From Verrucomicrobiaceae bacterium (GTDB taxonomy: Bacteria > Verrucomicrobiota > Verrucomicrobiia > Verrucomicrobiales > Akkermansiaceae): 64,000 nt of DNA. Both the position numbers and the translations under genes were made by a program. Shown in pieces: positions 41,770 through 51,086 of the stretch. The notes under the pieces were generated by a model. That model did no database searches, had not been told where the DNA came from, and saw only the letters and a program-made list of their open reading frames with translations. The stretch lies in NCBI GenBank assembly GCA_051252135.1, contig JBPOGH010000015.1, forward strand, positions 32,001-96,000, written 5' to 3'. Each line of letters begins with the position of its first letter. Position 1 is the stretch's first letter.

Positions 41770-42219
41770 TTATTCAACAACGTAGGCTCCAAAGACCACT
41801 TCACTCACACCAACCCGGGCTCCGGCCCGAATCACACGACGACAATATTTAAAGACCGCGTCCTGGTCGCCTCGAATGTGGAGACGGGGAGTGTGACCCA
41901 CATTATCAACCGCTTCCTTGTTGGTCTTGATGTAATCTTCAATATCCTCGTCAGACGTCAGGACCGTGTTGAAATCCTCGGCACGGATTCCTCCGTCCTC
42001 GTGAATATTCACCACAATCTTGCCATACTTCACCTTCGGAGTTTTGGCAGCGCTGGCGATGGGAGGCTTGACCTTGGGATCGATCTTGATCGTCTTGGGG
42101 TTGGATACCACCAGGAAGAACAGAAGGAGCAGGAAGACCATGTCGATCATGGGCGACATGTCCATATTGCCCTCATCAAGATCGGGCTTGTTTGCATTTC
42201 GCAGTTTATTGGAGGCCAT
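41770..42219 (-). CDS. exbD: Biopolymer transporter ExbD/TolR family
   Basis: MDMSPMIDMVFLLLLFFLV; IRGD. Confidence 0.9.
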   Translation of the reverse strand: MASNKLRNANKPDLDEGNMDMSPMIDMVFLLLLFFLVVSNPKTIKIDPKVKPPIASAAKTPKVKYGKIVVNIHEDGGIRAEDFNTVLTSDEDIEDYIKTNKEAVDNVGHTPRLHIRGDQDAVFKYCRRVIRAGARVGVSEVVFGAYVVE

Positions 42220-42275
42220 TGTTTCAGATTGGAATTTTGGTGTTCAACAGTGAGGGAGCTGGACGCCCCCAGGGG

Positions 42276-43055
42276 TTAAACGGCAATCCCCTCTGGAATC
42301 TTAGCCAGATGCGCGTCAGCGTTAACGGTCTGGATCGACGCATTGATGAGGTTCTCGGCAGTTCCGTGACAATCGGCAACAAGTGAGTTGAAGCGGTTCT
42401 TGAAAAAGAAGTAAGCGAAGAGAGCCAAAATCGCGACAATCAGTCCCCACATCGTGGTCAAAAGAGCAATCGAAATCGATGCCGCCAACTCACTGGGGTC
42501 AGCCGAGTTGTTTTGCGCCAAAGTTCCGAACGCCTTAATCATACCAAACACAGTTCCGAACAGTCCCAACATGGGAGCTGCCTGGGCAACAAGCGAGAGG
42601 AGGTTGATGAAAGTCATCTGCTTGCGGGTCTCGTTGATCGAGAAGTCGGCAATGGCATCCTCAACGTGGTCGCGACCAAGGTCCTCGGGACGGGTAGCAT
42701 CGATGTTGGGAAGTGAGTAGGCAAGCATGCGGCCCAAGTAGCTGGGGTGGGAAGCGGAAAGCTCAATCGCCGAGCGCACGCGGCAATTCACCATGTGGTC
42801 ATGAAGCGCACCCTTCAAATCATCAGGCGCATACTTGGCCTTGGTGAGGTTCATGAAATTGAAGACAGAAAGTCCGATCAGGGAAAGCAATCCCACCGCG
42901 ACGATAAAAAGTGTAAGAGGTCCCCCATCAAGAAGGTAACTGTCTAGAGCGGTTGGTTCCTTGTCAGCAGCCATTGCGGAGCTGGAAGCAAGAATCGTCA
43001 TTACGGAGCCAATGTTCCAAACGTTGGCTTTGGGAAGGGACGTTTTGAGTGTCAT
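42276..43055 (-). CDS. exbB: MotA/TolQ/ExbB proton channel protein
   Basis: APMLGLFGTVFGMIKAF...ISIALLTTMWGLIVAI. Confidence 0.9.
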   Translation of the reverse strand: MTLKTSLPKANVWNIGSVMTILASSSAMAADKEPTALDSYLLDGGPLTLFIVAVGLLSLIGLSVFNFMNLTKAKYAPDDLKGALHDHMVNCRVRSAIELSASHPSYLGRMLAYSLPNIDATRPEDLGRDHVEDAIADFSINETRKQMTFINLLSLVAQAAPMLGLFGTVFGMIKAFGTLAQNNSADPSELAASISIALLTTMWGLIVAILALFAYFFFKNRFNSLVADCHGTAENLINASIQTVNADAHLAKIPEGIAV

Positions 43056-43257
43056 GTTTTTAAGGTTTCGAGTGGTGTGAATTCGACTGGTATTCTGGAA
43101 ATGAGACTGGTCGAGTAAAGGAGCAATTTCCAATTTGTGACTCAATTTGTAGTCCTTGCAGGCTTGACAGGGAACACTTCACCCAAGATCGGACTTTCGG
43201 AAACCCAAAAGGCTGCGACCCAATCCCCCGAGGATCTTGAATGTGCACCGGAAGGCG

Positions 43258-43911
43258 TCAGGATTTCTTGGTCTCTACCGGATGACGTCTCTTCGGATAG
43301 AGGTGGGTGCAAATTTCACAGATCGTTCCGTCACACCCTCGCGCCGAGCAAAAATCCCTCCCGTAAAAAATAATCTGAAGGTGAAGCTTGTTCCATAGCT
43401 CCTTCGGAAAGAGCTTCTTCAAATCCCTTTCGGTTTGCACAACACTCCGCCCGGAGGTCAACCCCCACCTCTGCGCAAGCCGATGGATATGGGTATCGAC
43501 CGGAAATGCCGGCACTCCAAAGGCCTGTGCCATCACCACCGATGCCGTTTTGTGCCCCACTCCGGGTAGGCGCTCCAAAGCCTCCATGTCAGCCGGGACT
43601 TCGCCCCCGTGCTCCGCAATCAGAATCTCGGAAAGCCCTTTAATCGATTTTGCCTTTCGAGGAGCCAACCCACAGGGCCTCACATGCCCGTCGATTTCCT
43701 CCACCGAAAGGCGGCTCATTTTCTCGGCACTATCCGCCTTCGTAAAAAGCGATGGAGTCTGCAGATTCACTCTTTTATCCGTACATTGCGCTGACAAGAG
43801 AACCGCAACCAGAAGCGTAAAAGGATTGGTATGATCAAGCGGGACCGGAGTCTCCGGATAAAGCTCCTCCAACCGCCTCATAACATACTCTGCTCTCTCT
43901 TTCTTCAGCAT
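43258..43911 (-). CDS. nth: Endonuclease III
   Basis: LLSAQCTD, LPGVGHKTA, VDTHIHR, C-terminal 4Fe-4S Cys cluster. Confidence 0.95.
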   Translation of the reverse strand: MLKKERAEYVMRRLEELYPETPVPLDHTNPFTLLVAVLLSAQCTDKRVNLQTPSLFTKADSAEKMSRLSVEEIDGHVRPCGLAPRKAKSIKGLSEILIAEHGGEVPADMEALERLPGVGHKTASVVMAQAFGVPAFPVDTHIHRLAQRWGLTSGRSVVQTERDLKKLFPKELWNKLHLQIIFYGRDFCSARGCDGTICEICTHLYPKRRHPVETKKS

Positions 43912-43947
43912 GGAAAAACCTCATCCGGATTGGGGTTTAGGGCCACA

Positions 43948-43985
43948 AAAAAGCGGGCCGGCCATCAATGGCAGACCCGCTTTTG
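43948..43985. terminator. Bidirectional terminator-like hairpin
   Basis: AAAAAGCGGG...CCCGCTTTT. Confidence 0.7.
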
Positions 43986-44003
43986 AAATCGTTCGACTCT
44001 GCC

Positions 44004-44696
44004 CTAGTTGGCAGCAACCTGCCCGCTGTCGAGCTTGGCCTTGGCCGCGTAATACATCTTGCGGGTATGGCTGTAACCACGGCGCCCTTTAAGGATGTTC
44101 ACCGTCCGCTGCATCGATCCCCACTGGATCACCGTGATCTCGGCCTTGCGGGTCCCCCAACGACGCATCGAGCTGAGGTTGGGGTGGTAAATATCAATCG
44201 TATTGGTCCCGGCAAGCGCCGAACCATAGTCGTCCACCACGTAAGTGTAGGGCAGCCCTTTGATCTTAAACTTGGTTCCCACTGGATACTGGGACCAATC
44301 AGCTGCGGCACTTCGCACCTGACCGTATTTCAAATTCGTCCCGATTGCGTTCTTCATCCAGGGAGCCCCAACCTCCATCTCCTCATGGGAATAGGCTGTC
44401 GTCCGCACCACCCGATTCCGCGATGAGTGGCTGTAGGTAGGCATCCCGTGCTTGTCACGGGGCAGTCCCGCGGACCTTTCCACCACAGTGGTGGAAACCT
44501 TGGCTGGATGAAAACCATTGGGGCTTCCGGCTGAAAAACCGGAGGACACCGCTGTAGCTTCTGAACTGGATGCCACCTTCGAGGTAGTCCGATCATGGAT
44601 GCCGCTTCCCTCGAATACTGTGTTGTCGAATTCCCCACAACTGGAGAAAAGAAGACTGATTGCGATACTGATCATGGCTGCAATTTTCATATTCAT
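44004..44696 (-). CDS. 3D-domain lipoprotein (peptidoglycan-related)
   Basis: Lipobox LLFSSC; TTAYS, AAADW..YPVGTK, VVDDYG, TIDIY. Confidence 0.8.
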   Translation of the reverse strand: MNMKIAAMISIAISLLFSSCGEFDNTVFEGSGIHDRTTSKVASSSEATAVSSGFSAGSPNGFHPAKVSTTVVERSAGLPRDKHGMPTYSHSSRNRVVRTTAYSHEEMEVGAPWMKNAIGTNLKYGQVRSAAADWSQYPVGTKFKIKGLPYTYVVDDYGSALAGTNTIDIYHPNLSSMRRWGTRKAEITVIQWGSMQRTVNILKGRRGYSHTRKMYYAAKAKLDSGQVAAN

Positions 44697-44842
44697 GGCG
44701 GTAGGTAGGTCTGCCGCGCGGACGGCTGTTTGTCCACGACGCGCAGATTGTCTAGTTTTTTCGAAAAGATTTGACGAGGAAATTTTGTAACCACAATCCC
44801 CCGTTTTTAGGGAAAAATGCCGGAATTCATTACCCCGCAATG

Positions 44843-44871
44843 AAAAACGACGACCCGAAGGTCGTCGTTTT
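44843..44871. terminator. Terminator after the MFS gene
   Basis: AAAACGACGACC-CGAA-GGTCGTCGTTTT. Confidence 0.8.
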
Positions 44872-44896
44872 GAGAATTTCCGATTTCAAGAAATCT

Positions 44897-46465
44897 TTAA
44901 TGGTCCGCTGCCTGAACGGCTTTGTATCCACCTCGAGATTTAAAATAGAACGTCAGCAACAAGTAGGCGGCCAGCATAAACATCGGCAGCACTGCAATTC
45001 GTGCGAGCGCTTTTTGCTCGGCTGGTTTCGCAACTTTTTCAACAGCCTCTTTCTTTTCAGCAGGGATACTGTCGAGCTTCTCTGCATCGATGACATCATA
45101 GGACCCGAGGATATATTTATCCTGTTTGGAAATCGTCTCGTATACACCAGGCACTTCCTTCTCAACCTCGGTTTGTGTGGATTTCGCAGTCTGGGCACCA
45201 ATCCAAGGTCCTCCGATAATACCCACTGTGAGCATTCCGATTCCTGCGATTGCGTTCAAAGTGAGCGCTCCGCCTTTCGGAAACTGCTCAGCAACAACAC
45301 CCAGCATTGTTGGCCAGAAGAAGGTCTTACCTACCGCATACAAAGTAGCTGCTGAGAAAATAATGATGAGACCCTGGGCCATTGAGAGCCAGAACAGGCC
45401 TAAAATTGCGAGCGCTGCGCAAATTGAAAGAAGACCAAGTGGTCCAACTTTTTCGACAATTGGCCCCGCAAAAAAGCGGAGGAAACACATGATTGCCGAG
45501 GTGTAAATGAGCACCCACAGACCGTTATATCCGGCCTCCATAAGCGGCTCACTCATGAGACCCGTGATTGCCTCATCAGTACCAAGCTCCGTAGTTGCCA
45601 GCGGCATCATGATCAAGCAAAGGAAAATAAGGAGAGGGCGGCCAAGACTCTTACAATAGAGCCCATAGGCAACAACTGAACCAATGAGACCGACCCAGAA
45701 GAACCAATCAGCCAAATTAAGGGTTACTTGAAGCTGCTTGAAGACGAGTCCAAAAGCGATGATTGCTCCGAGGATTCCAAACTCCGCGAGCATTTCGCGA
45801 TAAGTAGTTCCAGATGCTACCCTTTCGTTCACTGGAAACTGAACCTTCAGCAACATTACGAGGTAAATGACTGCAGGAAGAGCAATCATGTAGACCAGCA
45901 CACGCCAATCAGCAGCAACTTGACCTCCAAGAGCCAAGGTAATCAACCCTCCGATCACAAGTCCACCGGGCCACCCGGCATGTAGAATGTTAAGCCATTT
46001 GGTCTTGTCCTTGCTGAACATGGTTGCAACGACAGGATTGATGAACGCTTCCACTGTTCCGTTTCCAAGTCCGAGAATAATAGACCCTGCCACCAAATAG
46101 TTGTATGCCGAAGCCTGAGCGGTTTTCAGGGCTTCACCCGTCAGTGGCTCACCACCTTGGTTGATCGTGGCATAGGCAACGAGAGCAAGAGCTGCATAAA
46201 GGGCATAGCAGACAAAGCTGAAGATCATCGCCACGCGATACCCGATTTTGTCGATGACCAGACTAAATACGATAATTGAAATCGCGAAAGGCCAGATACC
46301 ATGGCCGAAGAGGACCTTGGACTGAACTCCATCGAGCCCAAATGCAGCAGGCCAAAGATCAGGATTATTAACAAGGAATGCCCGCGTAATGAAGGCAAAG
46401 GCCGTTGTTATCAGCGCAATAAAACAGCCCCAAAAAAGGGCCATATTTGGTTTTTCGTTACTCAT
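44897..46465 (-). CDS. MFS transporter
   Basis: ~12 TM segments; DKIGYR loop motif; WLNILHAGWPGG; GKTFFWPTMLG. Confidence 0.85.
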   Translation of the reverse strand: MSNEKPNMALFWGCFIALITTAFAFITRAFLVNNPDLWPAAFGLDGVQSKVLFGHGIWPFAISIIVFSLVIDKIGYRVAMIFSFVCYALYAALALVAYATINQGGEPLTGEALKTAQASAYNYLVAGSIILGLGNGTVEAFINPVVATMFSKDKTKWLNILHAGWPGGLVIGGLITLALGGQVAADWRVLVYMIALPAVIYLVMLLKVQFPVNERVASGTTYREMLAEFGILGAIIAFGLVFKQLQVTLNLADWFFWVGLIGSVVAYGLYCKSLGRPLLIFLCLIMMPLATTELGTDEAITGLMSEPLMEAGYNGLWVLIYTSAIMCFLRFFAGPIVEKVGPLGLLSICAALAILGLFWLSMAQGLIIIFSAATLYAVGKTFFWPTMLGVVAEQFPKGGALTLNAIAGIGMLTVGIIGGPWIGAQTAKSTQTEVEKEVPGVYETISKQDKYILGSYDVIDAEKLDSIPAEKKEAVEKVAKPAEQKALARIAVLPMFMLAAYLLLTFYFKSRGGYKAVQAADH

Positions 46466-46580
46466 TTCTATGTGATGCGTTTCACCTCCATTAGAGAGGC
46501 TTCGGGGGAGACTGAACATTCATCCTAACAAAACAAGCTCAGGATTTACCATTTTTTCTCTCCCGCAGCGCCTTACAACA

Positions 46581-46616
46581 AATCAGGGCGGAACAACTTG
46601 TGTTCCGCCCTGACTT
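46581..46616. terminator. Terminator-like hairpin downstream of cimA
   Basis: TCAGGGCGGAACA-ACTTG-TGTTCCGCCCTGA. Confidence 0.7.
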
Positions 46617-46823
46617 AAAATCCCACACAAACCATTTTCAGGGTTGGGAATGGGTGATGCTGAAATTTGGTCGGGCCCGAAGGCCGTCCCAGGTGGCTAT
46701 TGCCACCTTATTTTTTGCGTATCTTACGACAGCAGGTTCGTAGGTGTGTGTTTTATGAACCGCTTGAAAATTGACGCTTTTACAAGGAGTCGACAAGGAG
46801 AAAAACAGCTATTGCGGAGACTT

Positions 46824-48398
46824 CTAACTTTTTGCCCGTTGGAGAAAAAGATCGATCCCGTCCGTCAGGGCAATCCAACTCGCTTCAATAATACTATCGG
46901 ATACCCCAACCGTTCCCCACGTGGAATCGCCATCGGTATGAACAATCAGCACCCGGGTCTTCGCCGCCGTCGCCTCTCCGCTGTCAAGAATCCGCACCTT
47001 GTAATCAACCAAAGAAACCTCCTCGATCTTTGGAAAAAAGGGAAGTAACGCCTTTCGAAGAGCTTTATCAAGGGCATTCACCACCCCATGGCCTTCTGCC
47101 ACGGTGTATGTCTCCTGCCCATCGACCGTCAACTTGACCGTCGCTTCGCATACCGGATCGTGCCCGTTTCGATACTGACGGAATGAGCAGTGATACTCGT
47201 TGAGTATCCAGGGCCGAGCGCAGCTCCCGAGCGCGCGCCGAATCAGGAGCTCCAATGACCCCCCGGCCGCCTCAAAGGAATACCCCTTCTGCTCAAGGTC
47301 TTTGATTTCCGTAAGGATATTTTTCGCCTCCTCACTCCCCTTCTTCAAAGGCAGGCCCATTTCTTCGGCTTTAATCAGGATATTGCTTTGCCCGGACAAC
47401 TCGCTGACCAAAATATACTGTTGGTTGCCCACCTCCTCAGGCCGGATGTGCTCGTAGGTTCTTGCCAATTTCTGAACCGCATTCACGTGCATTCCCCCTT
47501 TGTGGGAAAATGCTGTCCGCCCTACAAACGCAGCGCGGGCAAAATGGGGATTGTTGGAAACATCGTCCACAAAGAAGGAAAGTTCCCGCATTTGCGTGAG
47601 ATCCTTCACCGCTTCGCGTCCCATTTTGAGCTCCAGGATCGGAATGACGGAAGTTAGATTACAATTCCCCGTCCGCTCTCCGTAGCCGTTAATCGTCCCT
47701 TGCACCTGGCTTGCTCCGGCATCTACCGAAGCAATCGCATTGGCCACTCCCAGCTCACAATCGTTGTGAGTATGAATTCCCACCCTCGTTTCAGGAAAGG
47801 CCTCGACTACCACCCGTGTCATCTCGGCAATTTCCGAAGGCAGACAGCCGCCATTGGTGTCGCAAAGGACCAACCAATCGGCTCCACCTTCCACAGCAGC
47901 TCGAAGAGTTGCCAGTGCATGCTCGGCTCCGTCCTTATATCCGTCAAAATAGTGCTCGGCGTCATATACCACCTCGCGACCCGCCTCTTTCAAGTGGCGC
48001 ACCGTATCACGAATCATCGCCTGATTTTCTTCCACCGTCGTGCGCAGAACTTCGGTCACTTGCAACTCCCAGCTTTTCCCGAAAATGGTGATCACCGGAG
48101 TTTGAGCGTCGAGAAGCAGCTGAACCTGGGGATCTTCCCCGACCGGCGTGTTTGCCCGACGGGTCGAACCAAAGGCCGCAATTTTGGCGTGATTCCAAGA
48201 CTCCTTGGCCGCGGCTTTGAAAAACTCAATATCCTTCGGATTCGATCCGGGCCACCCACCCTCAATATAATCCACCCCAAACTCATCAAGCCGCTTGGCG
48301 ATGCGCATCTTATCAAGACCGGAAAGAAAAAAGCCCTCACCCTGTGTGCCGTCGCGTAAGGTGGTGTCGTATATTTGAACTCGTGATGAAGCGCTCAT
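46824..48398 (-). CDS. cimA: Citramalate synthase (LeuA/CimA family)
   Basis: YDTTLRDGTQGE, IEGGWPGSNPKD, HTHND, GYGERTGN, HKGGMH, C-terminal regulatory domain. Confidence 0.9.
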   Translation of the reverse strand: MSASSRVQIYDTTLRDGTQGEGFFLSGLDKMRIAKRLDEFGVDYIEGGWPGSNPKDIEFFKAAAKESWNHAKIAAFGSTRRANTPVGEDPQVQLLLDAQTPVITIFGKSWELQVTEVLRTTVEENQAMIRDTVRHLKEAGREVVYDAEHYFDGYKDGAEHALATLRAAVEGGADWLVLCDTNGGCLPSEIAEMTRVVVEAFPETRVGIHTHNDCELGVANAIASVDAGASQVQGTINGYGERTGNCNLTSVIPILELKMGREAVKDLTQMRELSFFVDDVSNNPHFARAAFVGRTAFSHKGGMHVNAVQKLARTYEHIRPEEVGNQQYILVSELSGQSNILIKAEEMGLPLKKGSEEAKNILTEIKDLEQKGYSFEAAGGSLELLIRRALGSCARPWILNEYHCSFRQYRNGHDPVCEATVKLTVDGQETYTVAEGHGVVNALDKALRKALLPFFPKIEEVSLVDYKVRILDSGEATAAKTRVLIVHTDGDSTWGTVGVSDSIIEASWIALTDGIDLFLQRAKS

Positions 48399-48621
48399 TG
48401 GAATGGTGATTTCAGAAGGGGGCAAGACGCTAGGTAGAAATGTGAAGAACTGCAATCCACATATCCCCCTCTTTCTCAAACTCCTCCTCCCCATCTTCTC
48501 ATGCGCTTGACTCTCATTTGAAATATCCCGCATCGACGCAGCGGAGCGCAGTCAACGGTTTCCACCGAAACCCTTGCCGGGCTTGACCTCGCAAACCAAA
48601 CAAGTCAGTAATCCCACCGTC

Positions 48622-48696
48622 GCCCCGGTAGTTCAACGGATAGAACAAGGGTTTCCTAAACCTTAGATCTAGGTTCGATTCCTGGTCGGGGCGCCA
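48622..48696 (+). tRNA. tRNA-Arg(CCT)
   Basis: Acceptor GCCCCGG/TCGGGGC, anticodon arm AGGGT-TTCCTAA-ACCTT, GGTTCGATTCC T-loop, encoded CCA. Confidence 0.96.
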
Positions 48697-48712
48697 TTTC
48701 CCACCTCTTCCC

Positions 48713-49564
48713 ATGGCTGGTTTCTTCAAAAAACTCATCAATCGCATCACCAACACCGCCGATGTGGATTGGGATGATCTCGAAGCCGAACTGATCACCG
48801 GAGATTTGGGAGTTCGCCTCTCGATGGAGATCATCGACGACCTCAAAGGCTTGGGCCGCAAGGTTTCCACCGATGACGTTATAGCGACTACCCAAGACCA
48901 CCTCGCCAAGCTCTTTCCGGATGACTCCCCTCCGCTCAGACCCATCGGCGACGGCAAACCAACCGTCATTCTTGTCGTAGGCGTCAACGGAGTCGGAAAA
49001 ACAACGTCCTGCGCCAAACTCGGACACCTCCTCCAGCAAAACGGATACTCCGTCACGATGGCTGCCGCCGACACCTTCCGCGCTGCCGCCGTCGAACAAC
49101 TCGTCCGCTGGGGCGAACGACTCAACCTCACTGTCGTTACCGGCGCCCACGAAGCAGATCCCTCTTCGGTCTGCTACCAGGCCCACCAACGGGCCATCAC
49201 CGAAAAATCCGATTTCCTCATCTGCGACACCGCTGGACGCCTCCACACACGACACAATCTCATGGAGGAGCTGTCCAAGATCAAACGCACCATCGGAAAG
49301 CAGGACGATTCCGCCCCTCACCATACTTTCCTCGTTGTCGATGCCACCACCGGCGGCAACGCCCTCAACCAAGCCAGGGAATTTCAAAAAGCAGTCCCCC
49401 TCGATGGCCTCATCCTCACTAAAATGGACGGATCAGGAAAAGGCGGCATTGCAGCAGGCATTCAAAAGGAACTAGCCATCCCACCCCGCTTCATTGGAAC
49501 CGGAGAAGAGCCCGACAAATTTGCTCGATTCTTAAAGCAGGACTACGTCGAAAACATCCTCTAA
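48713..49564 (+). CDS. ftsY: Signal recognition particle receptor FtsY (short, no acidic domain)
   Basis: GVNGVGKTT, DTFRAAA, DTAGR, TKMDGSGKGG. Confidence 0.96.
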   Translation: MAGFFKKLINRITNTADVDWDDLEAELITGDLGVRLSMEIIDDLKGLGRKVSTDDVIATTQDHLAKLFPDDSPPLRPIGDGKPTVILVVGVNGVGKTTSCAKLGHLLQQNGYSVTMAAADTFRAAAVEQLVRWGERLNLTVVTGAHEADPSSVCYQAHQRAITEKSDFLICDTAGRLHTRHNLMEELSKIKRTIGKQDDSAPHHTFLVVDATTGGNALNQAREFQKAVPLDGLILTKMDGSGKGGIAAGIQKELAIPPRFIGTGEEPDKFARFLKQDYVENIL

Positions 49565-49875
49565 CAAGCGGACTGTATCCACGACAAATACGATCGCCCA
49601 ACCCGGTCCGCTTTCACCACCAAAAATTCCGGTGTATCGTAGGGATGGAGCTCCAGCAGCTCTTTTTCCAGCTCATCCAATTTCCTCTCGGTTGTCTTAA
49701 AAACTGCCAGAACCTCCCGCTCTTTTTCAATCTTCCCTTTCCATCGGTAAATCGACTCCACTCCGGGAAGCAAATTCAAGCACGCAACCAGTTGCTTCTC
49801 CAGCAAGACTGTGCCAATCTGTCGCGCCTGCTCGGATGTGGAAAATGTTGATAGGACAAGAAACACGTCGCTCAT
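49561..49875 (-). CDS. cutA: Divalent-cation tolerance protein CutA
   Basis: LVACLN, SIYRWKG, HPYDTPE. Confidence 0.93.
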   Translation of the reverse strand: MSDVFLVLSTFSTSEQARQIGTVLLEKQLVACLNLLPGVESIYRWKGKIEKEREVLAVFKTTERKLDELEKELLELHPYDTPEFLVVKADRVGRSYLSWIQSAC

Positions 49876-49919
49876 ATCCCTATTTCACCTCTCCGGGTCA
49901 CTAAAATCAACCTTCCCCT

Positions 49920-51086
49920 GTGAAATCAGCCGTCCTTGAAAAAATCTTCTCCCGCCTCGATCAAATCGAGCCCGGTGAAGTTCAGGCTCTCCTCAGCAGG
50001 CTGGTTCGCGAAAAAGGCTTCCTCCAAAACGTCTTCGAAGCCCTCCGCGAAGGCGTTCTCCTCCTCGATAACGAGGGACAGATCAGCTTCATCAACAAAG
50101 CCGCCTGCGGATTCTTCGGCACCAGCCCCGAACAAGCCCAGGGCGAACGACTCGACGTCGTGGTCCGCGGCATCGAATGGGAACAGCTCATCGGCTCCAC
50201 CCGCAGCACCGTAAGCCGCGACCTCGAGGTCTTCTACCCCGAAAACCGCTTCCTCAACTTCTACCTCTCCCCCATCGCCGAGGAGGAGGAAACCGAAATG
50301 GGCTTCGTCATGCTCGTGCGCGATGTCACCCGCTCCCGTGAAGAAGCCGCCGAGGAAATCGAATCCGAAAAACTCAACGCCCTCACGCTCCTCGCCGCCG
50401 GAGTCGCTCATGAAATCGGCAACCCCCTCAACTCCCTCTCCCTCCACCTCCAGCTTCTCCAGAGAAAGGTCAACAAACTCCCCGCACTCGATCAGGAATC
50501 CCTCGGAGACCATCTCGATACCGCCCGAACCGAAATCGGCCGCCTCGACACCATCCTCAAACAATTCCTTCAAGCCATCCGCCCCTCCACCCCTGTCCGG
50601 GAACCTGCCAATCTGCACGCCATTCTGGAAGACAGCCTCATCGCGCTCAAACCCGAACTCGAAACTCGTAAGATCTCAGTCTCCCTCGATCTCTCCCCCG
50701 ACCCCCCATCACTCGAGCTCGATCCCACCCAGATCCAGCAAGCTCTCTACAACCTCATTCGAAACGCCTATCAGGCCCTCACCCCGCCTGATGGTGAAAT
50801 CGCCATCCGCACCACCTTTAGTGATTACGAGGTCACCCTTTCCATCTCCGACAACGGAAGCGGCATGTCACCCGAGGTCATGGGGGCCATTTTCGAACCC
50901 TTCCACACCACCAAAGCCACCGGAACCGGCCTCGGACTCCTCATCGTTCGCCGAATTCTCCGTGAACACGGAGGCGAACTGGAGGTCCAAAGTGAGGAAA
51001 ATGTCGGCACCACCGTGACGCTCTACTTCCCAAGAACCGATAAACGCGTCCGCCTTCTCGAAGACCAAGCACCCATTGAAGTCTAA
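49920..51086 (+). CDS. Cytoplasmic PAS sensor histidine kinase (NtrB-like)
   Basis: PAS region; AAGVAHEIGNPLN; NLIRNA; DNGSG; GTGLGL. Confidence 0.9.
   Translation: MKSAVLEKIFSRLDQIEPGEVQALLSRLVREKGFLQNVFEALREGVLLLDNEGQISFINKAACGFFGTSPEQAQGERLDVVVRGIEWEQLIGSTRSTVSRDLEVFYPENRFLNFYLSPIAEEEETEMGFVMLVRDVTRSREEAAEEIESEKLNALTLLAAGVAHEIGNPLNSLSLHLQLLQRKVNKLPALDQESLGDHLDTARTEIGRLDTILKQFLQAIRPSTPVREPANLHAILEDSLIALKPELETRKISVSLDLSPDPPSLELDPTQIQQALYNLIRNAYQALTPPDGEIAIRTTFSDYEVTLSISDNGSGMSPEVMGAIFEPFHTTKATGTGLGLLIVRRILREHGGELEVQSEENVGTTVTLYFPRTDKRVRLLEDQAPIEV

Noticed and set aside
48622..48696. tRNA-Arg as an island integration site
   Set aside because: ftsY follows within 17 nt; no integrase and no duplicated tRNA 3' end were seen in the window
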